From positions 5,591 to 69,590 of the forward strand of contig JAGQJT010000003.1 of assembly GCA_020430505.1 (NCBI GenBank): a DNA stretch of 64,000 nt, read 5' to 3'. Positions 52,698 to 61,851 of the stretch are shown here, piece after piece (within the stretch, counting starts at the first letter, position 1; each line of letters begins with the position of its first letter). Source of the stretch: Nanobdellota archaeon. GTDB taxonomy: Archaea > Nanobdellota > Nanobdellia > Pacearchaeales > GW2011-AR1. The notes beneath the pieces were generated by a model. The model saw only the letters and a list, made by a program, of their open reading frames with translations, was not told where the DNA came from and made no database searches. The translations under genes were made by a program, and so were the position numbers.

Positions 52698-53413
52698 TTG
52701 TAACTCCAATTAGCAATTAATGAAAAATATTTAATGGCATCTTCAAGAACTTCTTTATCAAAATTAGCCGAAGATTTACCTGTTTCTTTGTCATTTTTAT
52801 AAAAATTATATAACAAAAAACCAGCACTATCTCTTTCAACCCCAATGGTTATGGATTCGTTATTCCAAGAATAATTTAATTCAAAAAAATTCCCTGAGTT
52901 TTTTTTTAATGATTTATTATTATCCAATTGTTCTTCAGTCACATTTCTTACATTTACATCGTAAGTTTTGCCATTTAAGGTCCTACTTTCAAGATTCCCG
53001 TAGATTACCTTTCCTTTTGAATTATCTAATGCTTTCCCCAATGTTTCTTTAAAATCTTCAAACTCTTCTTTATTCATTAAAGAATACTCACCATTTTCCA
53101 TCTCCACTAAAGAAACACAATTAGGATATCCTATTGCATAATTTTCATCTTCATCCAACTTTCCATTTTCATTCTTATCTATCCATAAAGCAGGAATATA
53201 TCGATTGTTTTTCCAAAGATAATCGTGAAAATATTCGGATTCTGAAAATTCTATATTTTTCTTATCAAGATACTTTTCTAATTCTGCGCAAGGTTTACAG
53301 TATTTGGAGTTTCCTTCAACATAGATTTTTTGAGCATTTGCATTATTTTGAAATCCAAAAAGGCTTGAAATAGCAATTAAAGGTAATAAAACCAATTTTG
53401 ATAATGTATTCAT
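52694..53413 (-). CDS. secreted protein with an N-terminal thioredoxin/glutaredoxin-like CxxC region
   Basis: Signal peptide MNTLSKLVLLPLIAISSLFGFQNNANA, then KIYVEGNSKYCKPCAELEKYLDKKNIEF. Confidence 0.5.
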   Translation of the reverse strand: MNTLSKLVLLPLIAISSLFGFQNNANAQKIYVEGNSKYCKPCAELEKYLDKKNIEFSESEYFHDYLWKNNRYIPALWIDKNENGKLDEDENYAIGYPNCVSLVEMENGEYSLMNKEEFEDFKETLGKALDNSKGKVIYGNLESRTLNGKTYDVNVRNVTEEQLDNNKSLKKNSGNFFELNYSWNNESITIGVERDSAGFLLYNFYKNDKETGKSSANFDKEVLEDAIKYFSLIANWSYN

Positions 53414-53487
53414 TGTATAGTAACAATCCTTTTAAAGATTTATAAACCTTTCCAAGAGAAATAAATAATAAATAAAAATTAAATAAA

Positions 53488-54219
53488 TTAATTGCCTGCA
53501 GCAGGTTGTTCACAACAGTCAATTACTGCACATCCAAGAGTAGAATGACAATAGGGACCAGCATAACAAGTATCACTTGAACCTGGGCAATGAATTGTGT
53601 GACCTGTACAATAACCATAATTACATTTTATTCTCTGAAACTCTTCTGTTAAATCTTCACTTTCCATGTCAAAAGGATTTATTAAAATGCCACTTCCATC
53701 CTTTGCAGTTCCACTAGAAGCAGTGTTACACCAATTTGTTTTTAAGGACAATCCTGAATAAGAGCTAGGGCAAGAACATTTTCCATCATCATTAATACAT
53801 TTAGTAGTCACAGATCCAGTTTCACCATAAACACATGAACCCGCAGCAGTATCTTTACAATAACTTGCAGCCTCCGGATCTCCTCCAAGATTAGCTTCAG
53901 TTTGTTCTTTAACCTCAAGCTGAACTTTATATTGGCTTCTGAACAACCAAGGTTTTTTCACATCACTCACTTTAAATTCAGCCCCATCTATAACAACAGT
54001 GTCTCCCTCCATTACTTCCTCCACTTTCTGGCCATTTATTTCAACATCAACTGATCCATCATCTTGCTTTTGCACTTCAACATTGTAATTTTTGTCATCT
54101 AAGGAAAAAGACCTTAATTCATCCCCCTTAAGACTAACTACCATCCCTGAGATTGAAGCCGCAAAAACAGCACTAACCATTAAGAAACTTAGTAAAATTA
54201 AAAAATATTTTTTATCCAT
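53488..54219 (-). CDS. secreted Cys-rich protein, conserved N-terminal module plus variable Cys-rich C-terminus (paralog B)
   Basis: The true start is probably ATG 54219 (MDKKYFLILLSFLMVSAVFA); the track start 54237 is the ATG inside the TGAAAGGAGGT leader. The N-module YNVEVQKQDDGSVDVEINGQKVEEV... matches 31604..32488. Confidence 0.6.
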   Translation of the reverse strand: MDKKYFLILLSFLMVSAVFAASISGMVVSLKGDELRSFSLDDKNYNVEVQKQDDGSVDVEINGQKVEEVMEGDTVVIDGAEFKVSDVKKPWLFRSQYKVQLEVKEQTEANLGGDPEAASYCKDTAAGSCVYGETGSVTTKCINDDGKCSCPSSYSGLSLKTNWCNTASSGTAKDGSGILINPFDMESEDLTEEFQRIKCNYGYCTGHTIHCPGSSDTCYAGPYCHSTLGCAVIDCCEQPAAGN

Positions 54220-54225
54220 TATAAA

Positions 54226-54236
54226 ACCTCCTTTCA
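54226..54236 (-). promoter_or_regulatory. conserved leader/Shine-Dalgarno motif TGAAAGGAGGT
   Basis: TAAAAATGAAAGGAGGTtttataATG upstream of 53488..54219. Confidence 0.55.
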
Positions 54237-54280
54237 TTTTTATAACCTATAGCATAATTTAATTAACCTATTATTTAAAT

Positions 54281-55900
54281 TTAACTCAATCCCCCAATAT
54301 CAAAACCTTTTCCAAAATCCATCTTATTCATGTTCCCTCTTTTATCTGGCTTTGAAGCAATAACATCATCAATTCTCAAAATCATTGTAGCAACTTCTGT
54401 TGCAGAACTCAAGGCCTGACTTTTTATTTTGTAAGGTTCTATGATTTTAGCTCCCAGAACATTTTCAACTTTATTTGTAAATAAATTTAATCCAGCGTTT
54501 GTTTCTCCAGATTCGTGCTTTGCCTTTAATTCTGTCAGAACATCAATTGGATCTAATCCAGCATTCTCTGCAAGAGTAGAGGGAATAAATTCCAAAGAAT
54601 TGGCAAATTCTTGAACTGCCAATTGTTCTCTTCCTTCAAGAGTTTTTGCATATTCTTTCAATCTTTTAGACAATTCCATTTCAATAGCTCCTCCTCCAGG
54701 GACAACTAATTTGGTTTTCAAAACAGAAGATACATCTCCCAATCCATCCATAAATGCCCTTTCAATTTCATCCAAAACATGATCAGAACCCCCATGAATC
54801 AAAATTGTAACTGCCTTGGGATTTTTACATCCCTTTATATGGGTAAATGTTTCATCACTTGCTTTTATCTCTTCAACAATTTGTGCATCCCCAAGATCAT
54901 ATGAGCTCAATTCATTCAAATTACTTACAATCTTCCCCCCAGTTGCTTTGGAAAGCTTTTGCATGTCAGATCTTGAAACCCTTCTACAAGCATAAACTCC
55001 CTCCTTAGCCAATAGATAATTAGCAAAATCGTCAATTCCCTTTTGGCAAAAAATAACATTGGCGCCACTGACTAGAACTTTCTCAACAATTCCCCTTATT
55101 GCATGTTCTTCTTCCTCAATAAACCTTTGTAATTGATCTGGGGAATTAATTGAAACTTTAGTATCAATTTCAGGATTTTTTAATTCCAAAGGGAAATCAA
55201 TCAAAGCGATTTTAGCTTCATCAATCTTTTTAGGCATTTCTTGAGAAATTTTTTCTTTGTCTAAAACAATTCCACTTACCAACTCACTATTTTGAATTCC
55301 ATCGCCTTTAACTTTCTCAATTTTTATATCTTTTAAATCAATTCTTCCTTTATCATAGATAGACTTTACAGCTCTAACAACAATCTCGGAAAATTTCTCC
55401 TTTGAATCTTCTGCACCCTTCCCAGTCATCGCAGTCATAGCAACTTGTTTCAAAACCTCTTCATTTTCTGGACTTATTTCCAAAGAGATTTCATTAAGAA
55501 TTTTTTGCGCTTTTTCTTCTGCAAGTCTGTAGCCTTTTGTAATTGTTGTTGGATGAATTTTGCTATCTAAAAGTTTTTCTGCATTTTCCAAAAGTTTTCC
55601 TGCTAGCATTACCGAACTTGTAGTCCCATCTCCAACTTCAGACTCTTGAGTTTTTGCTATTTCAACCATCATTTTTGCCGCAGGATGCTCAATTTGCATT
55701 TCACTTAGAATTGTAACTCCGTCATTTGTGACTATAATATCATTATTAGGAGAAACAAGCATCTTATCCATTCCTCGAGGTCCCAAAGTTGTCTTAACGA
55801 CATCAGAAACTAATTTAGCAGCAAGAATATTATTTCTCTGTGCATCTCTACCAATCATTCTAGAAATGTCTTCAGGTAAAATATCAGACGTCTTTGTCAT
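54281..55900 (-). CDS. ths: thermosome subunit (group II chaperonin)
   Basis: [21 protein letters not shown] and [12 protein letters not shown] motifs. 539 aa. Confidence 0.95.
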   Translation of the reverse strand: MTKTSDILPEDISRMIGRDAQRNNILAAKLVSDVVKTTLGPRGMDKMLVSPNNDIIVTNDGVTILSEMQIEHPAAKMMVEIAKTQESEVGDGTTSSVMLAGKLLENAEKLLDSKIHPTTITKGYRLAEEKAQKILNEISLEISPENEEVLKQVAMTAMTGKGAEDSKEKFSEIVVRAVKSIYDKGRIDLKDIKIEKVKGDGIQNSELVSGIVLDKEKISQEMPKKIDEAKIALIDFPLELKNPEIDTKVSINSPDQLQRFIEEEEHAIRGIVEKVLVSGANVIFCQKGIDDFANYLLAKEGVYACRRVSRSDMQKLSKATGGKIVSNLNELSSYDLGDAQIVEEIKASDETFTHIKGCKNPKAVTILIHGGSDHVLDEIERAFMDGLGDVSSVLKTKLVVPGGGAIEMELSKRLKEYAKTLEGREQLAVQEFANSLEFIPSTLAENAGLDPIDVLTELKAKHESGETNAGLNLFTNKVENVLGAKIIEPYKIKSQALSSATEVATMILRIDDVIASKPDKRGNMNKMDFGKGFDIGGLS

Positions 55901-55940
55901 AAAATAAATTACTATGAGAATTATTTAAAGATTATTGTGG

Positions 55941-56333
55941 TTAAAACAAAGGAATTTTATCTGAAAGAGGCCCTCTATTTTGAACCCATTCTTTTGGCTC
56001 TCCTTCAAAAAAATCTGGAAACTTTTCATAAAGGGCATTTATGAAAACATGCCCCTCTTGCCAACCGTAATTTTGAAAATATTCTCTAACTAAATGCCCA
56101 TCGTTCTTAGAAATTCCAAATTCCTGAGGATAGTCATCAAAAGCATGATTTCCTGCAAAGCATTCCATAGCATGAACAGTCATTTTGTTAAGATTTTTTT
56201 TACAAGCCTCCCTCAGAGCATCTTGCCAGCCCCCATTATTTCTTCCAATAGATTTAACAATATTCTCTAGTGCTTTTGTCAACTTTATTGAAGTTTCTTC
56301 ATCATAATACTTAATCACATAACCTTTATTCAT
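55941..56333 (-). CDS. hypothetical protein
   Basis: 130-aa ORF with no recognisable family. Confidence 0.45.
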   Translation of the reverse strand: MNKGYVIKYYDEETSIKLTKALENIVKSIGRNNGGWQDALREACKKNLNKMTVHAMECFAGNHAFDDYPQEFGISKNDGHLVREYFQNYGWQEGHVFINALYEKFPDFFEGEPKEWVQNRGPLSDKIPLF

Positions 56334-56416
56334 AATCTCGGAAAATACCCTTAGTTCTTAAATTTAACCATCCGAAGAATATTTAAATAACATTTATGTT
56401 TTAATAAAAAGAGACG

Positions 56417-56923
56417 ATGGCAGGATATCAAGAAGAAATTTATTCTACGAAGATGAAGCATGACGGTATATTTTCATATAAGGATTACTATAAATTTTGT
56501 TATGACTGGTTGACTGAAGAAGTAGGGGTGGGTATTGTTGAGAAAGAATATAACGAAAAAATTTCTGGAAATGCCAAAGAAATTAAAGTAAAGTGGGAAG
56601 GCGAAAAGAAACTAACCGATTATTTTAAGTTTGTAATAAAAGTAGAATTTCATATTCTAGGCATGACTAATGTTGAATTAAACCAAGATGGAGTAAAAAT
56701 TAAAACAAATAAAGGTTCTATCAAAACTTCTGTTAAAGGTCTTTTAGTTAGAGATTATGAAGGAAAATTTGAAACAAAACCTTTTAACAAATTTTTAAGA
56801 GGAATTTACGAAAAATGGGTTATAACTCAAAGAATAGAACAATTCCAGGATTTTGTGGCTGGAAAATGTGATGGATTTATTGAACAAGCAAAAGCTTATT
56901 TAGATTTGGAAGGTCGTAAGTAG
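56417..56923 (+). CDS. hypothetical protein
   Basis: 168-aa ORF with no recognisable family. Confidence 0.45.
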   Translation: MAGYQEEIYSTKMKHDGIFSYKDYYKFCYDWLTEEVGVGIVEKEYNEKISGNAKEIKVKWEGEKKLTDYFKFVIKVEFHILGMTNVELNQDGVKIKTNKGSIKTSVKGLLVRDYEGKFETKPFNKFLRGIYEKWVITQRIEQFQDFVAGKCDGFIEQAKAYLDLEGRK

Positions 56924-56964
56924 ATTACAATAATTTTTATAAAAGAATTTTTTATAGCCTTTTT

Positions 56965-58644
56965 ATGGTTTACAAACCAAAATGCCTTGGAAAAGATAAT
57001 GTCCATAAACCAGATTATCTTGTTAAACTCTATACAGTAGAAACTGGACCGGGAGTCGGAGAGGAAGTTGCTTTCACATGGTGTAAAGAATGTGGGGCGG
57101 TATCTGTTGATAAACAGTATGATGGGAGATTTAATTCCACCATTGTTGATTTAAAATTTCCAAAAGTTGTCGGTTTAGAAAAAAATTACCTAAATAAAAA
57201 TAATCAGGATTTTTCAAAAAACCATAGAAATCTTTATAATCTTGGCTTTCCAGATTTTATCATGAAAAAAATAGGTATTTTGTTGTTGTTCCTTCTAATA
57301 ATTCCAAGCGTATTAGCAATTAATCTAACAATCGATAAACAAAGCATAAATGAAGTCATGATTGTTGAAACAAATGATCCTGCAATAATCAACCTTCAAG
57401 TAACAAATAATGAGAATTCAGACAATTTTAGATTTTACACCTTTTTTGGATTGGGTCTTGAACCCACAAAAAAAGTTTCAATAAACAAGGGGGAAACAAA
57501 AGAGGTTGAATTAAAAATTCTCCCGAGAGAAGATTACAAGCCTAGAGGATTTACAACATTTGAATATTTCATTAAAGCAAGTGATGATACTGAAATGGCT
57601 CAAAAATTAACAATAAATGTAATAGATGTAAAAGATGCATTTGAAATAGGAACTCAAAAAATAGACCCTCAATCAAGTTCAATTGAAATTTACGTTTACA
57701 ATAAAGTTAATTTTGATTTCAAAGAAGTTCAAGCAAAATTTGATTCTCCTTTCTTCAAATTAGACCAAAAATTCGACATAGGACCCAATGAAAAGGAAGT
57801 TTTCAAGATAAACTTAAACAAAGAAGACTTCAATGAATTAACAGCAGGGTTCTACACTTTAGAAGCAGAAATATCTTACAAAGAGGTTAATGCAATTTTG
57901 GAATCAAATATAGAATTTGAAGAAAAAGATATTGTAGAGACAACTAGCAACCAGTATGGATTCATAATCAATAAAAAAATAATTCAGAAATCAAATGAAG
58001 GCAACAAAATTGCTGAAGCAACAACTACTGTTAAAAAGAACATAATCTCAAGAGTTTTCACAAGTTTTGAGCCAGAACCATCCATTGTAAACAGAGAAGG
58101 GTTTTCTGTTTACTACACTTGGAATTACCAATTAAATCCAGGAGAAACCTATACAATAAATGTCAAAACAAACTGGATAATTCCTTTTGCAATAATTATT
58201 TTAATAATTCTGATAGTTTTCTTAACAAAAATTTTCCTAAGAAGAGATCTTGTTTTAAAAAAAAGAGTTCACTTTGTTAGAGCTAAAGGCGGAGAATTTG
58301 CTTTGAAAGTATCTATTATTGTAAGTGCTAAAAAATTCTTAGAAAAGGCCCATGTAACTGATAGATTGCCTCCTTTAGTAAAGATATACGAAAAATTCCT
58401 TGGGGAACAACCTTCAAAAGTAGATATCTCAAGAAAAAGAATTGAATGGAACTTTGAAAAATTAGAACAGGGTGAAAGAAGAGTTCTATCTTACATAATC
58501 TATTCTAAGGTGGGAGTTTTAGGAAAATTCGCTTTACCAAGAGCCTCAGCAATATATGAGAGAGAAGGTAAAATAAAAGAATCAAGCTCTAATCAAACAT
58601 ATTTTATCGCAGAGCAAGTAGGCAAAGAAAAAGAGAGTTATTAA
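56965..58644 (+). CDS. hypothetical membrane/surface protein
   Basis: 559-aa ORF. The internal MKKIGILLLFLLIIPSVLA at ~57262 looks like a signal peptide and is preceded by a TTTATAAT box, so the true start may be there. A second TM helix lies near residue 405 (IIPFAIIILIILIVFL). Confidence 0.5.
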   Translation: MVYKPKCLGKDNVHKPDYLVKLYTVETGPGVGEEVAFTWCKECGAVSVDKQYDGRFNSTIVDLKFPKVVGLEKNYLNKNNQDFSKNHRNLYNLGFPDFIMKKIGILLLFLLIIPSVLAINLTIDKQSINEVMIVETNDPAIINLQVTNNENSDNFRFYTFFGLGLEPTKKVSINKGETKEVELKILPREDYKPRGFTTFEYFIKASDDTEMAQKLTINVIDVKDAFEIGTQKIDPQSSSIEIYVYNKVNFDFKEVQAKFDSPFFKLDQKFDIGPNEKEVFKINLNKEDFNELTAGFYTLEAEISYKEVNAILESNIEFEEKDIVETTSNQYGFIINKKIIQKSNEGNKIAEATTTVKKNIISRVFTSFEPEPSIVNREGFSVYYTWNYQLNPGETYTINVKTNWIIPFAIIILIILIVFLTKIFLRRDLVLKKRVHFVRAKGGEFALKVSIIVSAKKFLEKAHVTDRLPPLVKIYEKFLGEQPSKVDISRKRIEWNFEKLEQGERRVLSYIIYSKVGVLGKFALPRASAIYEREGKIKESSSNQTYFIAEQVGKEKESY

Positions 58645-58684
58645 CCAGATAACTTTAAAAATAAATTATTCTTTCAATTTGAAT

Positions 58685-58831
58685 CCCTCCATAGCTCAAT
58701 GGTTAGAGCGCTTGGCTGTAGAATAGGGTGGACATTCCATTATTTTATGGAGAAGTATGAAACCTGAAAAGCCGGTTCTCAAGGTGCTATGCAGTGCCCG
58801 AGAGATCCAAGTTCAATTCTTGGTGGAGGGA
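58685..58831 (+). tRNA. tRNA-Tyr (anticodon GUA) with a 75-nt intron at the canonical 37/38 position
   Basis: Exon 1 is 58685..58721 (CCCTCCATAGCTCAATGGTTAGAGCGCTTGGCTGTAG) and exon 2 is 58797..58831 (CCCGAGAGATCCAAGTTCAATTCTTGGTGGAGGGA). C1:G72 is the archaeal/eukaryal Tyr identity pair. A hand-built helix-bulge-helix-bulge-helix has ATAG/CTAT, bulge AGA, CTGT/GCAG, bulge TGC. Confidence 0.85.
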
Positions 58832-58891
58832 TATCTTTTTTAAGTAGTAACAGATAGCAAGATTTAAATAACTAAAAATTCTTAGGATTTT

Positions 58892-59764
58892 ATGAAAAAT
58901 TTGAAGCAAAAATTTGTTGAAGAGATGTCTCCAGAAGAAATTGATATATTGGAACATAATATGAGGCCAGGCAGATTTTCAGAAGCAGGATTTCTTGGAG
59001 AATCAGATGGTCTTAAAAACATAGTTTCTGCGGATTCAAGAGTTCTTAAAAAATATGGCATCACATATAAACAAATTGCCGATAAACTAGATTCTTTGAC
59101 AGGACAAAGCTTTACTGCACAGTACTTTGAATCAAGAAAAAAAGATGGGAATTATAGAAAAATTAAAGATGGGGGTTTTTTAATTGAAAATAAGTTCAAA
59201 GTCCATTCCGTAGGTTGGATGGGAAGTCAATATTGTCCTTTTTATTTTAAAGTTGAAGATCTTGGAAACGGAGGGAAAAGAATTTATAATTGCGGAAGTG
59301 GAAGTTATGATTTTACTATAAAAAATGTTAATCAAGGAACTGAGATAAAATTCCCTCAACTAATGTCGCATCTAATTAGAGATCATCATTTTTTTGAGGG
59401 AGAAACAAGTTATAGGCTGGATCCAGAAAAAGCAATAAAAGTTTTGGAATTAATAGAAGGGGTTGATTACACCCCAAAAACAATAAAAGAAATTGTTTGG
59501 GACACGGGAAGTCACACAGGAGATTTAAAAAGTAATTTTTGTAGAAGTCAAGATATTTTAAAAAATTCAAAACAAAAGTATCAGATTGCACCAGGAGTTA
59601 CATTACATGTTTCAAAAAGTGAAGGGGTGGTCATTGCCAATGAAGATTTTCAATTACAAGAGCCTTTTGAATTTGCCGGAAGAAAACTAGGTTTTTATGA
59701 AGGGAAAATTTGGAAAGGACAAACAATAATAAATAAAAAAGAATATAATTTGGTTGTTGGATAA
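58892..59764 (+). CDS. hypothetical protein
   Basis: 290-aa ORF with no recognisable family. Confidence 0.5.
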   Translation: MKNLKQKFVEEMSPEEIDILEHNMRPGRFSEAGFLGESDGLKNIVSADSRVLKKYGITYKQIADKLDSLTGQSFTAQYFESRKKDGNYRKIKDGGFLIENKFKVHSVGWMGSQYCPFYFKVEDLGNGGKRIYNCGSGSYDFTIKNVNQGTEIKFPQLMSHLIRDHHFFEGETSYRLDPEKAIKVLELIEGVDYTPKTIKEIVWDTGSHTGDLKSNFCRSQDILKNSKQKYQIAPGVTLHVSKSEGVVIANEDFQLQEPFEFAGRKLGFYEGKIWKGQTIINKKEYNLVVG

Positions 59765-59962
59765 TTATTAAAAAAATTCACCGTCGATAAAATATCTTTT
59801 TTATTAAAATTAAAAATCGAGATATCATTTAGAAATTTATTTTTATTTATAAAAGTTGTGCATTATCTAATGTATATTGAAGTGAATAGAAGATTTTAAA
59901 AACTAAAACAAATATACAAAAAAGTAAAAAAAGAGGAGTGAAAATCACTCCCAAAAATAAAA

Positions 59963-60052
59963 ATGGTGATGAACGAAGATATTGAAACTATTGAGTCGAA
60001 TATGGATTCTGATTTCGGTGACGATTTCGATTTAGAAGATCTAGACGACTAA
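59963..60052 (+). CDS. possible 29-aa highly acidic micro-protein
   Basis: MVMNEDIETIESNMDSDFGDDFDLEDLDD. It is locally GC-richer than the surrounding spacer. A 7-bp hairpin GGAGTGAaaaTCACTCC (59935..59951) lies just upstream. Confidence 0.25.
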   Translation: MVMNEDIETIESNMDSDFGDDFDLEDLDD

Positions 60053-60088
60053 AACTTTTTCTTATTTTTTATTTTTTAAAAAACAAAA

Positions 60089-60994
60089 TTACTTAATTTT
60101 CAGAACTACTTTATTATTTGATTTATCTAGTTCATTGAAGTTTCCTTCTGCAACGATTTTTATTTCTTTTATAGTAATTTGGGACACAAGAATATTTGTA
60201 AATTCGACACTTTGACCATAACCCACTTTCAATCTTTCGGAACTGAACGATTTTATTTCCTTTCCGTCTGCATAAACATTTACCACATAGTCTTGAGAAT
60301 CTATAAGACCTTCATTCTTTATTGTAAAATTCAAATCCAAGGCACGACCTTTCATTATGGCATTTGCACTTTTGAATTCTAAATCGGATAATGGCTCAAT
60401 AGAGTAGAGTTCATTCAATTTATTGACTATGTCATCACCAATTGTTTGCTTACATTTGCTAACAGGATACATTATATTATTAGTGTTATTAGAGTGATCA
60501 AAACCAAGAACATGCAAAAGTTCATGAAGAGCAATATTTGGTCTTTCACAATCAGAATTTCGAATAAGTATTATTTCTCCTTTAGAGATTACATTAAAAT
60601 TAGAACCTGTGGTTACGTTAACAGGGCCCCCTTCTCCAGCTATAAATAGACCATCATCCCCAAGCTTATTTTTTTCTTCACAAAAGACATCTATATCTCC
60701 TAGGTCAGATAATTCATAGAAATTAATAGGAGTTAAATTCTCAATAATATGAAAAGCTTCCTTCATTTCACCTTCTTTTTCAAGATTGCAAGAATCATGA
60801 ATGGTAAAGGAAACTTCATCTGTAGAAAATCTCATATTGGGATAAAATTGCATAGAGGTGTCACTAGTAGTACTAAAATTAGAGTTTGCATCAAAATTAA
60901 AATCTACTGGAAAAAAAGGGAAAAATAGATATGCCAAGATAGAAAAGACTAGTCCAATTGTAATAAGAACAAAAAGAACATTTTTCCACCCCAT
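60089..60994 (-). CDS. membrane-anchored zinc metalloprotease (metzincin/matrixin-like) with a C-terminal beta-sandwich-like domain
   Basis: HELLHVLGFDHS (HExxHxxGxxH) followed by NIMYP (Met-turn). N-terminal TM helix. ATG 60994 is preferred over the TTG at 61012. Confidence 0.75.
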   Translation of the reverse strand: MGWKNVLFVLITIGLVFSILAYLFFPFFPVDFNFDANSNFSTTSDTSMQFYPNMRFSTDEVSFTIHDSCNLEKEGEMKEAFHIIENLTPINFYELSDLGDIDVFCEEKNKLGDDGLFIAGEGGPVNVTTGSNFNVISKGEIILIRNSDCERPNIALHELLHVLGFDHSNNTNNIMYPVSKCKQTIGDDIVNKLNELYSIEPLSDLEFKSANAIMKGRALDLNFTIKNEGLIDSQDYVVNVYADGKEIKSFSSERLKVGYGQSVEFTNILVSQITIKEIKIVAEGNFNELDKSNNKVVLKIK

Positions 60995-61075
60995 CGTCAA
61001 ACAGATAATCAAACTTATTATATAAAGATTTGTAAAACAAAAAATAAAAGAAAAAGATTATGTGAGAAAATTGGC

Positions 61076-61159
61076 TTACCAATCTTCTTCATCTGAAGAT
61101 TCTTCTTCATCATCTGAAGATTCGTCTTCGTCTTCGTCGTATTCGTCGTCATAGCTCAT
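61076..61159 (-). CDS. possible 27-aa highly acidic micro-protein upstream of the metalloprotease gene
   Basis: MSYDDEYDEDEDESSDDEEESSDEEDW. Same strand as the protease, 81 nt upstream of its start. Confidence 0.25.
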   Translation of the reverse strand: MSYDDEYDEDEDESSDDEEESSDEEDW

Positions 61160-61263
61160 CTTAAACACCTAAGATTAATTCTTATGAACTGATCCCTTTT
61201 TAAACTTTTTTATTAACTAAAAAAACACATAATTGAATAAAGAAAAAACTAATTAGCAGTAAA

Positions 61264-61340
61264 TAAAAAAAGGGGATAAATCCGAAGATCAATCCCCAAA
61301 CAACCAACCGAAGTTGGAAGATTCAACCGAAGTTGAATAA
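61264..61340 (-). ncRNA. candidate small RNA/leader: three cUUCGg-capped hairpins ending in a U-tract
   Basis: The minus strand reads AUUCAAC-UUCG-GUUGAAU (61321..61338), CCAAC-UUCG-GUUGG (61304..61317) and GGGGAUuGAUC-UUCG-GAUUuAUCCCC (61272..61297), followed by U7 (61265..61271). A TTTTAAAT box lies ~25 nt upstream on the same strand. Confidence 0.35.
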
Positions 61341-61475
61341 ATAGAAGAGTATTTGAACATTTAAAAGTGTTTCTATCTCTGGAAATTCTTCAAAAATAGA
61401 AATATTCCCTTTCAAAAGGTTTAAATATGAAATATTTTTCATAGATACCATTCTAAATATGATGGGAGGTAAAAT

Positions 61476-61826
61476 ATGAATAAAAAAAATCTACAATGGG
61501 TAAATCTTACAAATAGAATTTTTCTAGGTTTGCTTATGTTTGTACCTGGAATTTTGAAACTTTTTATTAATGGACATTCGGGCGTAACTGGAATGCTTTC
61601 TGGTATAGGATTCCCAATAGTAGGATTTTTTGCATGGATCTTGATATTTTCAGAAATTGTATTCGGTGTTGCAATAATGGTTAATTGGAGATTAAGGTAT
61701 ACCGTGATTCCCCCAATAATAATACTATTAATTGCTACCTTTACAGTTCATCTTGGAAATTACAGTTCAATGCTATTGCACTTAGTAGCGATAACAAATT
61801 ATCTTTTAATTGCCTACAAAAAATAG
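61476..61826 (+). CDS. DoxX-like small membrane protein
   Basis: 116 aa, four TM helices, GGAGGT Shine-Dalgarno 6 nt upstream. Confidence 0.55.
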   Translation: MNKKNLQWVNLTNRIFLGLLMFVPGILKLFINGHSGVTGMLSGIGFPIVGFFAWILIFSEIVFGVAIMVNWRLRYTVIPPIIILLIATFTVHLGNYSSMLLHLVAITNYLLIAYKK

Positions 61827-61851
61827 GGAGTAGGCTTTTTATTTTTTTAAA

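Noticed and set aside
54220-54237. MKGGFI N-terminal extension of Cys-rich paralog B.
   Set aside because: The upstream ATG is part of the conserved TGAAAGGAGGT leader seen before other genes. The downstream ATG gives a normal signal peptide with correct Shine-Dalgarno spacing.
58722-58796. Possible box C/D sRNA inside the tRNA-Tyr intron (GTATGAA ... CTGA).
   Set aside because: The C-box match is poor (not RUGAUGA). The two elements are adjacent rather than terminal, and no second C'/D' pair or terminal stem is present.
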